Shown: positions 34,499-46,424 of the stretch, piece by piece
Layout of the letters: every line of letters begins with the position of its first letter
How positions within the stretch are numbered: the stretch's first letter is position 1
DNA from: Cirrosporium novae-zelandiae
Taxonomy: Eukaryota
NCBI GenBank assembly: GCA_026023565.1
Contig: JAPETS010000061.1
Coordinates: 62,001 to 108,424, forward strand
Length of the DNA stretch: 46,424 nt
Direction of reading: 5' to 3'
Translations under genes and position numbers: made by a program
The notes under the pieces: generated by a model
Database searches by the model: none
Told to the model about the DNA's origin: nothing
The model's input: the letters and a program-made list of their open reading frames with translations, nothing else

Positions 34499-35524
34499 AT
34501 GCGCCTCTCTACTATCTTATCTGCTTTGGCTAGCTGTGCTGTTGTGTCCGGATGCCCTTTTAGCAATATTACGACGAGAGGCCTATACCCAAGAGCTCAA
34601 AATCCAGTTTATGACATCTACGACTTTCCTAATGGCACCTGGGTCGAAGGCCTTGCGGTCCGTTGCAACGGCGAGATCTTAGCTGGTCTATTGAGCTCAC
34701 CCCAATTAGTTCAAATTGGCCCCTGTCCAGGCTGCCCCGACAGCTCGCTTTCAGCCAACGTAGTCTTTGAGCCCTCGGGGGCAACCTCTGTCTCTAGCAT
34801 CACCGAGTTCAAGGATGACGTCTTTGCTGTAGTCGTCGGAAACTTCAGCATCCCCCAACTCGCTTCCATCGCCGGCTCATATTCCATCTGGGAAGTAGAC
34901 ATGAACTATAATCCCGCCCGGTCCAGGATCATCACCCATATTCCTCCAGCAGCTTGGCTCAATGGCATCACAACACTCGACTCACAGCATGTCCTCGCCT
35001 GCGACTCCACCCTCGGCGTCGTCTACCGTGTCGATGTTTCCAACGGCACATACACCCAAGTAGCCAACGACACCCTAATGTCCCCCCCTCCGGGTGTCTA
35101 CCCCCCTCTCGGCATCAACGGCATCAAAGTCCGCAACAGCAACCTCTACTTCACAAACTCGATAGGCCAATCCGTAAACGTAATGCCCATCGACTCTCAA
35201 GGCTACCCAACCGGCGCAGCCACAACCATCGCATCCGGCTTCGCAACAAACGACTTTGCCATTGACAAAAACGGAGACCTGTTCGTCACCACGGATCCTC
35301 AGAACAGTCTTATTCAAGTAACCCCCTCCACGGGCTCCTATGTCACCGTTGCAGGAAGCGCCAATTCGACTGCACTTGAGGGGCCCACGGCCGCGCGGTT
35401 CGGACGTGGTTCTACGGACAAGTCGGTCATCTATCTTAGCACGGATGGAGGCGTCGTTGCCCCGGTCAATGGCGTTGTGCAGGGGGGGAAGATCAAAGCT
35501 GTTTGTGTTGACACTGAGGCTTGA
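34499..35524 (+). CDS. Secreted six-bladed beta-propeller protein (SMP-30/gluconolactonase-like fold), 341 aa
   Basis: Intronless ORF with signal peptide; GTWVEGLAVR, WLNGIT, DSTLGVVYRVD, GINGIK, LYFTNS, NDFAID, GPTAARFGR motifs typical of this fungal family. Confidence 0.88.
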   Translation: MRLSTILSALASCAVVSGCPFSNITTRGLYPRAQNPVYDIYDFPNGTWVEGLAVRCNGEILAGLLSSPQLVQIGPCPGCPDSSLSANVVFEPSGATSVSSITEFKDDVFAVVVGNFSIPQLASIAGSYSIWEVDMNYNPARSRIITHIPPAAWLNGITTLDSQHVLACDSTLGVVYRVDVSNGTYTQVANDTLMSPPPGVYPPLGINGIKVRNSNLYFTNSIGQSVNVMPIDSQGYPTGAATTIASGFATNDFAIDKNGDLFVTTDPQNSLIQVTPSTGSYVTVAGSANSTALEGPTAARFGRGSTDKSVIYLSTDGGVVAPVNGVVQGGKIKAVCVDTEA

Positions 35525-35689
35525 TGAAGTGGATAGATAGATAGATTGGTTTAGCAGCAAAAAGCAAAAGTGGTATTTAAGTTTTCCACCACTGCAATAT
35601 GATATGTGTGTCCTTGTCGTATAGGTACGATTGGGGTTACAAATGATAAATTTATGTGTTACGTATGATCCATACAAGAACTAGTTTTC

Positions 35690-36432
35690 TGTAAAGAATC
35701 CCTTGTCTATTTCCTACTTTTTCTTTCTTTGCTATCTCTCATACCTCACTCCCTTTCCCTTCTTCACCTCCCTACTCCCTGCTTTGTACATATGTGTGTG
35801 TGTATATACTCCACACCTACCCCACGACCATCCAACCAACCAGACCAATCCAAATATTATCCTCTTCATAGCCACGATCTTATACCTCGCTCATATAATA
35901 TCATCTCCCCCTTTTCCTTTTTCTTATTCATCTCCCTACTTACTCTATATATCTATATATACCCCACACCCACACCCACAACCATAACCACCCAACCACC
36001 CAATCCAAACCAAAGATTAGATATACCCCTTTCCCCTTTCCCGCCCCTAAAAAGTGAAACCAAAGTACTTAAACACTTTACATACATACAAGTAAAGTAC
36101 TTAAACAAGTACAACCCACAATCTTATTTTTTATTTATTTTTTTAATTGATTCTTATCGACTCCTGATTATTTGTCCAAATCAAACCAGGTTAAAAAGGT
36201 CATACTATTTATATAATATTATTTAGCATAACTATAATTTAAACTAATTTATTCCACATATCCATATATCCAACCAACTAACTTACCCCCAATCAAGATT
36301 CTCATCTCTCTCACATCCCCACACACTACCCATATATATACCTAACTTATATCCGTGTCCCTGAATCCAGATTTTTAATTTTTTAATTTTTTTAATTTCC
36401 GATTGCAAGTGCATGCATGCATGCATAGCATG

Positions 36433-36464
<32 letters not shown>

Positions 36465-37796
36465 TGTTATACACCTTTGTCTCCCGAGTTTTCTTCTTAG
36501 GTATATATATGGTATGAGGATGTGAGGATGTATGCTAGGGGAGGGGGGGGGGATATGTAGAATAGAATATACCCCGACTAACCCTAATAATAACGATAAC
36601 AATGCTATAAGCAAAAGTAGGCAGTATCTAGTAATTATCTAGTATCCAGCAAAGTAGCCAGTCCAGTCCAGTTCTTACTAGTTCTTACTAGTTCTATGAT
36701 CTATAGTCTCCTTCTTCTTCTTCTTCTTTTTCTTCTTCTTCTTCTTCTTCTTCTTCTTAGAAAAAAAAAAAGGAAAAAAAAAAAAGAAAGAATTCATCCA
36801 TCCATCCATCTATTAGATGAATGCTTATATATATATATGCCTATCTATAAACGAGTGGGTGAGAAGGGGGGCGAGGTGGTGAGTGAGTGAAGGAGGGAAG
36901 GAAGGAATAAATACGATATAAGAAGGAAATATATATATATATATATATAAAAAAAAAATTTAACCAAATATTTCCAAATCGAAGCCTTTTACAAGTAATT
37001 GTTGTGCGATAATTATCTCTAATTAATTAATTAATTTATTAGATAGGATTATTCTATGCAAAACTAGCTATTTTCATGGCATGGATTTGGTTATCAGAAT
37101 GCGTAATCCAAGTAGTAGTAGATATGCATGCTGTGGAAGATCGGGGATCTTAAGGGGGGTAGAGTAGAGTAGGATAGAGCGGACGGGGCGGACAGAACGG
37201 GACGGGGATTATATCCATCCATTCATACATAATACGCGTACGTGTGGGTGTGGGTGTGGGTGTGTTGAACGCGTCAACCGACCATCCAAATGGATGGATA
37301 GGAAAGAAAAAAAAAAGAAAGAAAAAGAAAGGAGGGTTTTGTTTTTTTTTGGAATGGATAATGAAATGAATATTCTAATGGGTATTGGCATGCATTATTT
37401 ATTAATGTTTACTGATTATGTAGTTTGATCCAAGTTCATCAGCCTGCTCCTGTTCAAGCTATACTGTGCTATACTACTGGTGCTGTACTATACTATCCAT
37501 TCATATTACCTACCACCATGAACCATTAAACCAGGATGGAATTTAATTATAGATATAAATATCCTCTTAGATATTCTTCTCATCATTCAATTCAATTCAA
37601 TTCACTCCATTCCACTTCCATTCAGGGTCAGTGTACGCTTTCTTTATATGAATAAAAAAAAATAACAAGAATACTTGTTTTTGTGGGAATCTTCCGAAAC
37701 AGCACAAAAATATATAGCAAGCAAAAAACACCAAAAACAACAAACGCCTCCCTTTCAAAAAAAAATAAAAGTTCTTTGTTTGGCCACTTGTGTGTA

Positions 37797-37839
<43 letters not shown>

Positions 37840-37870
37840 CTTTCAAATTTAAAATTTAATTTAATTTCAA
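35690..37870. repeat. Low-complexity/microsatellite-rich zone ((TATG)n about 36434-36466, (CTT)n 36711-36758, (TG)n 37799-37838, poly-A)
   Basis: Read directly from sequence. Confidence 0.85.
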
Positions 37871-37930
37871 TTCAGAGGGCTTCCGTTTTTCGCCATCGCT
37901 GTCGCCAATGTGGGGGATATTCTAGCATAC

Positions 37931-40271
37931 TTAGTCAACCTTGACTGCCCTATATGTCGTAGAAATCGTTAGTGATTTTTTTCAAGCAAATGATCCTAGA
38001 AAACTTACCCGTATATACGCCTTACGAATGCATAAGCAGCCAAAAACCCAACCGTCCCGGTCAAAAGCCCATAAACCGCGCACGAAAGAAAACTATAGCT
38101 GAAGAAAAGTATGCCGGATACAAAGCCTGTGATATTCAACCTCGTTGAATAATACCAAATACAAAATACAAAAACCCATAGTGAGCTTCCGCTACCTACC
38201 AGGAAGCTTTGCCACCACCAGTGGTAGTTTTCCGAGCAGAGCTGGATGTAGGTGGCGACAATCGAAACCTCGACAATAGTGAGGAGGTGGATGAGGCTAA
38301 CAATGGTGAGGAAACCGAAAAAGTAGTAATAGCCAGACTTGTCTTGCCATATGCTGCGGAACATGAATAAAAGTTCGATGAAAATCACCGCAAAAGGGAC
38401 TAAGCCGGCGAGGATGGCGGCGTTAATACTTTTGGTGTACCATGGCTGTCTGGGCATTTGCCGTGGCAAGATGTTGGTTTTGGTAGGATGTTCCCATGCT
38501 TTGGCTTGAAGAAAGCCATACCAGCTGCCAGCATATACCAAGGGTACCTGGATAAGGAGCCACAGTGCCAAAAGCCCGATAAGAGTTCCAAAGGGTAATG
38601 CTGTGCTCGACGCTTGAGCCCAAACGAATAGGTTGAGAATGAAGATGGTAGTAAAAAGAAGTCCTGGGAATAGTAATGCAGTCTGCAAAATGTTAGCTTC
38701 GGCTTATTTAACCATTCTCGATATTCTGACATACCATTAAAGTGTTTTTTCGCCAATTCACGCCACCAAAAGTCTTATAAATCCTGCCAGAGAAATATCC
38801 AGAGAAGAGGCCGGCGAATATAAATAATCCCATACCAACGCTTATGAAGCCTCCTCTGAAACTTGGATTGAGTACCCCCAAACAACTTAGAGAAAGCAAA
38901 CCAGAGGCCATAAATAACAGCTGCATCCCGGATCCAACAAGAGGCGCCAGGAGTCCAGCATAGGCTGGAGAACGGAAGACATCTCCATGAAGTAATTTCC
39001 ATCCCGTCATTTCTTCAATCGACTCATCATCAGAAGAGATATCTGCATCATTGTCATCTCCGGGATGCTCCAAAAGACCGCTGGAACTTTTCTCGGGAAA
39101 CCGTGGGGATTTTGTTCCACTTCGCGTTCTTCTCAACTTGATTCGGATCTTCCCTTCCTCCATCGCCCCATCTCCGCGGCCTTTGATATCTCCTTGAAGA
39201 GTTCTTCCAACTACGACGATAACCACGGCCGTAAGGATACCTGAAATGACGAGCGCATTTAGAATAGCGAGCCAGTGGATCATCGAGCTTCCCTCCTGAT
39301 TGTTGAAATACAAGTCCCATCGATTCGCCCAGTCAACTCTATCATCTTCACGGAAGTACACTGAATAGGTGTAAGGGATTGTCAAGGTTGCACCGTCGTT
39401 GACATCCTCATCTTCCTCCGGAATGTACGAGGAATGTGGATACTTGGATGCAAGGTTTGTGTTATTCGGCGCAATGAAAAGTTCCATCCCATCCACATCA
39501 CCATGCACATTACTAGGACATCCGCTGTCGCCTCGATGCTCTGCTGTAATACTCTTGGTATAAACCTCAAAGCCAATGATAACCTTGCCACCTTGTTGTC
39601 CAGCTTTTCCGGGAGCCTTCCGCCATCGAACGACGAGGTTGACATGATTGTTGACAAAGTACCTTGGCTTTCCTGTAACCGGGGAGAAATCCGAATACCC
39701 GAGCTTGAAGCCTGCAGCGTAATATTTGCGGCTCCTATCCACGGTAACAAAGCTGGTGGCGCCTGGTAAGTTGTCCATGATCCATTCGGCAACATAACCA
39801 TCGGAAATTAATTGTTGGGCCCATTTCACATCCTTGCGACTAACTTTCCGACTGCAAAGATATTCACATTCTTTATCTTGTCCCATGACCAACTCGTAAT
39901 CCGAAGCAACAATCCTATCGCCTCGGAGAACTTCACCAAGATTCAGAGACAGACTATGGCCGCTTTTTGACTTTCCAAGTTTCTTGCCGGTAGGCTGACA
40001 GACGAACGGTAGGTCGGAATATACAAATGAAAGTTGGGTATTGTCGCTCCATATCTTATTCGTGTACAGTGGTAACACCTCATCGTCTTGGTAGCTTTTT
40101 ATCGAATAACCTAGAAAGGATTTGAATATTAATCATTCATCTACCATTATCATCGTCTTGTTTTTTATTTTCAGACATACCTGGGATATAAAATGCGGTA
40201 GCATAGGACCATATGAGAGAGAAGACCATAAGCTGACACCATCCCACGCCCAGCCTCAAGCCCTTGTACAT
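37931..40271 (-). CDS. Transmembrane 9 superfamily / endomembrane protein 70 (nonaspanin), about 719 aa; exons 40271-40181, 40110-38735, 38682-38009, 37949-37931
   Basis: AFYIPG, LNLGEVLRGDRI, DNLPGAT, IHWLAILN, GWKLLHGDVFR, ENYHWWWQSF, C-terminal IYGAVKVD with KxD retrieval motif; three GT-AG introns. Confidence 0.96.
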
Positions 40272-41461
40272 TTTGCAAGATGACAACGATTTCCTTTGGA
40301 CAAGGGTGATGATGGTGAGGATGGCTACTGAAAGCTTGAACCAGGAAGGGAGAAACAATTGAAGGGTTCGTTGGGGGGGGAGGATGTAATTATTTGAAAG
40401 GTTTAATTTCTCGAATTCGACAGATTGGACCCTGATGATGCCAACCAGAGCCAAGGCTCAAGGTCCAAGGAGTAAGTTGGATTGGAGGATTTGGGGAGGG
40501 AGGGAGGGAGAGGGGGGTGGTCTGGTCGCGATGCGATAGACTCTCCTGAGGTTCGTTTTCAATCTGACTGCCACGACTAGCGAGCGAAATTGGCACAGAA
40601 TGCCGAGGGAGGGAAAAAAAAAGAGTCGTGAAAAACAAACAGTGATGAAGTGAAGGATGAGTTAAGATATTGATCCGAAAGGAAGAGTTTTTGTATGAAG
40701 TAAAAAAAGGTGGGAGAAAGAAAATGAGGTTACATGGTAATAATTATCTTACTCTAGATCTGCTGAGTGCTGAAATGCTGAATGAATGCTGTGTTCCCTT
40801 TCGTTTCCTTTCCTGTGGCCGACCACCATGCCAAGGAGCCCCGAATTGCTGAGGCCCGAACCCCCGTGACACCACCCACCAACACCATCACCCCCCCCCC
40901 CCCGATTTTCCCCTTGAGGAGCCATCTCCACCCCCCATTTATTTATACTTAATAATTAATTCTGGAGTACAGCTAGAAGGTAATTAATTAATCCATGTCT
41001 TTGACCATCACCATCTTTAAAGGGATCTTGACATACTGTATCTATTGAATTTATTGACAGTTACCTGCATCCACCCTCGAACAGACGGCCCGAGACATCT
41101 TACGCTACCTGGATGACCCCAGACCCCCCCAATCTACTGACCCACTCCCCTTCGGATATATGAGTTGCTAAATATAGAATATTCAGGTTTCTTGTATAAA
41201 GTATAGATAATAATATCAATTCACATCACACTACTTTCTCAACTCATTTTCCACCTCCATTTCCTTCTTAACAAGTACTGGCTATTCGCCGTCACAACAG
41301 AATCTCAATTATCAATCCCTCGTAGCTATGCTTACAAGGAGTGTCTTGGTGTATGTATTCGTAAGGAGTGTCGTAGGTCGCGTTAAATCACAATGCCATG
41401 CACGAAAATCAATAAACTATCCCTTCAACCACATCTGATCTCGTTCTTTCAACACTTTTAC

Positions 41462-42481
41462 TCACTGCAACATATATTTGACGGTGCCGTTGACAGGTGG
41501 CACGTATCCTCCTGTGGGCTTCACTGGAGATGAAGAAGTTGAACCCGTCTCGGAAACTGTGACGGTCGTGACTTTGCCGCCAGCGAGGGTGGATGTTTTA
41601 ACGACACATTTTTCGCAAGGGGCTGGTGAACCTCCATTTCCAGAAGAAGATCCCGTGGGAGCTGGTGCATACACGGTGTAGATAATGGTGGAGTAGACCG
41701 TCTCAGCTGGTGGACATGTACCTTGAGCGGAGCCGTAGGTCGTTGATGGAGGGAGACAGGTGGAGGATGTCACTGTTCCTTGGGCAGGGGGGGCAGTGGT
41801 TGCAGCAGTTGGCTTCACAGGTGAGCCGGTGGTAGTTTCGGTCATAGTCTTAGGAGACCCGCTGGCGCTCGATGGGTAGAGAACAGTCGTCTCAGTTGAG
41901 CAGGTTGTGGAGTAGGTTGGTGTCAAATACGTAGAATAGAACGTCGTGCCGCCAGCTGTGGCAACAGGGGTAGAGCAGGGCACCCATTTTGTGACGGTCG
42001 AAGTCCACACCGAGGTAGTGGTAGTTTCCTTTGTGACCGGAGGATACGGGTGGGTTGTCTGGCTCGGCTGAGGTGTGACTGTGCCGGACACTGTAGGTCC
42101 AACCCCTGTTCCGGATGGTTTTTTGGTTGATGATATTGAACTAGGGGTAAGTGTAGGAGTTGAATGGTGATGGCACCCAGCAACGCAGGAAGTGATTGTG
42201 AGCGTGGAGGTGGTGAATGTAGTTACAACACTGACCGAAGAGCCGTGATGTGCTGTGGTTGTAATTGGGCACACTGTTGTCGTCGTGAAGGTGGTGAGGG
42301 TCTCGGTGGACACCGGAATCTCCGTAGAGCTCGTGACAACGGTCCCCTCGGACGAGGTATGGAGTTCAGTTGAAGACTTTTGAGTCGTTTTAGAGGAAGT
42401 GATTGCACTCGTGGTAGTATTCTGCCAGGCAACCGCTGATCCTGCAAGAGCCGCAGCCAAGATCACAATGTTGAAACGCAT
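41462..42481 (-). CDS. Secreted Ser/Thr/Pro-rich cell-wall or mucin-like protein, 339 aa
   Basis: Signal peptide MRFNIVILAAALAGSAVA; TTTTVCPIT, TITSC, WVPCSTPV, TCPPAETV modules typical of fungal Ser/Thr-rich surface proteins. Confidence 0.88.
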   Translation of the reverse strand: MRFNIVILAAALAGSAVAWQNTTTSAITSSKTTQKSSTELHTSSEGTVVTSSTEIPVSTETLTTFTTTTVCPITTTAHHGSSVSVVTTFTTSTLTITSCVAGCHHHSTPTLTPSSISSTKKPSGTGVGPTVSGTVTPQPSQTTHPYPPVTKETTTTSVWTSTVTKWVPCSTPVATAGGTTFYSTYLTPTYSTTCSTETTVLYPSSASGSPKTMTETTTGSPVKPTAATTAPPAQGTVTSSTCLPPSTTYGSAQGTCPPAETVYSTIIYTVYAPAPTGSSSGNGGSPAPCEKCVVKTSTLAGGKVTTVTVSETGSTSSSPVKPTGGYVPPVNGTVKYMLQ

Positions 42482-45400
42482 GATAGTGCTTCTGTAGAGA
42501 TGGTTGGGTTGGAGACGAGTTAGGGCTAATGCCAGGAGTCTTAATTGTAGATGAAAAACGATTGTAACTCTTCAGCGAATGTCGGGACTCAGCGAGAGTG
42601 GGTTTGATATTGGTCGTATATAAATGAACAGTAGAATACAGATATTGAATGAGAGACAGAAAACAGGACGAGACAACTCCTTTATTCTCCATGAGCCCTT
42701 TACGAGCCAAGGCTCTTCCTATACGAGAATAAGATGATGACAGATACGGTTGCCAAAAAAAACAGGATTAGATAGCTAGGAGTGATTCATATTGGCTCGA
42801 ACCAACGAGTCAAGCCACTCCTTGATAGTATTCGGGTCAAATAGCATAGTGTAGGTCTGCTTTAGTCATGCTATCAGAAGTAGAACTCTCGAGGACCTTT
42901 CAGCGTCAGCATTTAGAAAAAACAAGAAGAGGTGAAGAAAATGAGCCGGCGCCAAACGCTTAACTCGATTGACAAACTTGAGGTTATAAAGTGTCTTTAC
43001 AATACGAGGCTTGAACTGATGGAGATGATGTGAGAAGCAACGTTGTGGTGTTCTGGTAATAATCGTTATTATCCCTCGTATTGGATAAATAACCGACCAG
43101 CGCTCTATTTCTGGAGTGGCACCAACAGCACCACAGTCAGGGTAAGCAAAACGATTAACCTTACAGTATTTTAATTCTCTATTGCCCTTCTATCTTTGGT
43201 AGCTGTTAACAGGTCTTTCCATTGAATAGAGATATATTTCTTCCAACCTTGCATTGTCGCAACTATTGAAGCCGCAAGCTATTGGTGCAGCATCGCAAAA
43301 ACAATTCTGGTAGACATGAATCGACCTTCCTGGTTGAGAATCATGTTAGTTGAATATTTTCTCGTGTTTTTTCTAATAAATACGAACGTTTGATGTGCTG
43401 TTCAGGACCTACCACGTCTTGGGCCAAGTGTTTGAATGGGTTGTCTTTGTTGTTTTCTGTCATCTGAGATCTTATTTATGAATCACGTTTTCTTTTCTCG
43501 AGGCTACTCCATGCTCTATGACATTGGCAGCGGGGTTTCGTACCTACTTTCTGTAGCAATACGAGAACTAATCTTAGGAGGTCTCGCAAACTAACCTCAT
43601 TCGGAAGACTATATACCTCTAGGCAATTTTCAATCCCACGTATGGGCTGCATGCCATTCAATCATTTGGGAGATAAAACGGTTACTGTGGAGAACTAGTT
43701 CCTTCGAGAGGCCCGTACTTGGACGGTACAGCGATGGAGCGTTATTTAGAGTATGATTCGGGTTGAAAAGCGTATTGGATAGGTTGTAAGGATGAATTCA
43801 CGATGGATCCGAGCATTAAGATTATTTGAAAGCTCGTTTTAAAGAATTTAAAGTAGAATGCCTGGTAGACCCCTTCTGCACATTCTTATAACATGGCTAC
43901 CTCGGCACTTGGCGTATGTAAAGATGGAATTAAAACGGACATCAAGTGTTCTCACAGGCAAGCTACTCCGATTTCATTGATTTCATCTCACGAAGCCCTC
44001 TTACTGTTAAGAAAAAGGGTTTAACTCGGATTCCAGGAATGGGAAATAGAAGGGTTATCCGAGTTTAAATACACCATAAGTCCAACAAGCGTAGGAGGGA
44101 GGCATCACTTTACCCCAGACTGATCTCCAAACAAGAAAATAGAAATCGAGGAGCCCTCCAGTATGTTAGAGTGTACGGTAGAATAAGATTTAATTCATAC
44201 CACACTTTACATCTTTAGCAATGCTATAAGTTGCCCTGAAACGGAAAGAGACTAGAGGACATCCAAATTTGGAAATGTTGAATACGATATCTCGTGTCTG
44301 GCCATTCCTCGCGTGCTAATTTATAGATGACTAGCAGTAGGATTCTTGAGACATTTAGTTCATAGCAAGAATGGTGATTCGAAGTTGGTCACAACAGATA
44401 CATGAAGTTTAAGCGCCAGTCGCACAGGTCCAAGACAAATGGCGCATATATTTTAATGTAGAGAGCACCTTTGTATTCCTTGTTAACATAGCTCCAATAC
44501 TTGCCAATGAATAATGGGCACAATCCTTAGATGAAAGGGTTCAATGTGTTTCTCAATCCAACGGAGTGAAAAATATATTAGCTTGCACTTGCAACTGAAA
44601 AGGAACAGCCAACTTTCTGAAGATGATTAGATTGGAAAAGAATCCTCCTCGCTCAATAATCAACGAAACAAAGAAAAGGCATTTTGTCAACTAAACACAT
44701 TGTTTGTCACATTTTACTTGAGCTGTCGGAGCGAAGCCTTAAATATATCACCACTCGCGTTCACTCGCTTATTTATATTTACTATATTGTCAAGGTCTGT
44801 CTGAAAAACGCTGCCTGTAGCTTTGATCGCCTGCTCCCGAAGCACCCGCTTAACAAAAAAAAATAGTTTATCTCTGCTTAAGGGTCTCTTGTATTCAATG
44901 TTAGTAGTGGTCATGACAGTAGCGATTGTTTGTGGACTAGGGTTTTAGTCGGCTCGCTTTATATGTACACAGCCGGAGAGGAGGGAAGGTCAGTACATGG
45001 TTGAATTTCATGACAAATATTTGTACATTAATTATGTAAAATATATGGTTGGAAATATACACCTCGGCTGGCACTAGGAGAATAGGGAAGAGGTAGTGAA
45101 TTATCTGGAAAGTAACGGAATGAGGGAAGTAACTTGGAAAGCTACATGTCCCTAAGTAATGAAGGCGAGTGTTGTTACGTAGATATGGGGGTCTTGGTCA
45201 TAAAATGGTAAGATATAAAAGTCTTGATTTTTCTGGGAATTATCATAGCACGGATGGATTGATTTTCAACTCCAGCTTGAATTAATTATGGCGTGAAAGT
45301 TAACCCTTGGCATAGAATAACAGGGCGCCAGAGCATGGGTCTTTGCTTTAGTATATATTTAGGTACTTAGGGAGGCACCTCAATAGTCAAGGTTTACTTG

Positions 45401-46402
45401 TCACTTTGCACATGTTGACAGTTGGTCTGGAGAAGAAGGTTTCAACAAGAAATTATGGTGTTAGTAGAGAGGTAGTACTTATTATATTTTCCATGGGGCT
45501 AACCTCACTGAGAAACGCCATTTACTTACTACCTGTAATTCTTACTCGAGTAGTTCCTGTTTCTAAAATCAAGCACGTGGTTTTCGGGTTCCAATATGAA
45601 ATGTTACCCCATAATTACACGCAGGACACAGTAGTTAATTACCTAGGTACTGTACTCTGGTAGATAAACGTATCGGGATTCAGACACCAGTCGATCAGGA
45701 GAGGCACAAGTAAAGTCAGCGGAAAACCGGAAAAGGGAAAAGCCGGCGCGAACGGATAAACTAAGAGCGGTCCTTGGTCGGCTAGGCACCTGTTAGTGAT
45801 TGGTTAGGCGTAGTACTTAGGTCGGCTTGTGGAAATCAATCGGCGTGTCGGCACACCTCAACACCACCCACCACCACCCACCACCACACCACCACCACAT
45901 ACGCCACAGGATAGATAGTTTCCCTTAGTTTCAAGCCCCGGCTATCTATGGCGCCACAAGTACCACAGTGCCATGGTACGGTTCTGCCCCCCAAGTGGCC
46001 CCCTCAGCATTTTACCTTTTCTTTCCTTTGATCCTTCAACGCCCTTTACACCATTCACAACTGTTTGCGGTTTCTCTTGCATCTCCTGTGTAGAAACTAA
46101 TGCCAGACTTTTACTCTAATTATCTCCTGTATTAAGTTATAGATATTCCCCAACTACCGAAGGTCCATGTATCGGCTGAAAAGCCAAGCTGAAATGAAGA
46201 AACAAAAAAACAAAAAAACAAAGAAGAAGGAAAATATCTATCTTAGATATGGTCGGAATAGAATTTATTTTAAACTTTGATACGCAATTCATGTACTGAC
46301 AGGGAGCACAATCATTTGGTTGATCCGATCTGATCCACCATCGTTCGCAAATCGCAAACAGATCCCCCCGGTTCATTCATGGTCTACTGTTTCGTTATTT
46401 CG

Positions 46403-46424
46403 CCCCCCCCCCCCCCCCCCCCCC
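46403..46424 (+). repeat. Poly-C run at the end of the window (possible contig end)
   Basis: 22 consecutive C bases end the sequence. Confidence 0.8.

Noticed and set aside
35075..35677. 200-aa minus-strand ORF
   Set aside because: Antisense to the beta-propeller gene with no recognisable features
36578..36587. CTAACCCTAA as a telomerase RNA template or telomere
   Set aside because: Single short match inside low-complexity DNA with no supporting structure or array
35703..37944. Short ORFs including poly-L/K and THTHTH peptides
   Set aside because: Products of (CTT)n, poly-A and (TG)n repeats

Overview
Intron-rich genomic DNA from a filamentous ascomycete (Pezizomycotina; the TM9 and aldolase proteins look Eurotiomycete-like, which is inference only). 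I reconstructed 15 protein-coding genes by hand-splicing (GT/GC...CTRAY...AG, phases checked): a 5'-truncated O-methyltransferase, a LaeA-like methyltransferase, a 16-Cys secreted protein, a GFA/CENP-V protein, a C2H2-finger DEDDh exonuclease, a secreted GMC oxidoreductase, a long-type heme-thiolate peroxidase, a CFEM/Pth11-like receptor, an orphan mitochondrial-type ORF, an ACS/Dal5-type MFS transporter, an SDR, a class II ketose-bisphosphate aldolase, a secreted beta-propeller, a TM9SF/EMP70 protein and a secreted Ser/Thr-rich protein. Multi-kb microsatellite/low-complexity zones separate several gene blocks. No rRNA, tRNA, CRISPR or intact transposon was seen. Best leads: (1) an MFS-SDR-aldolase trio whose promoters share a 13-bp dyad CCTCG-AGA-CGAGG, a candidate uncharacterised sugar-acid/polyol catabolic regulon, with the aldolase apparently starting at ATA; (2) an adjacent secreted GMC + heme-thiolate peroxidase pair that both appear to lack a canonical catalytic residue, next to a CFEM receptor, in a block holding all of the window's AAG and GC-AG splice sites. 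All product calls come from recalled motifs, not database searches.
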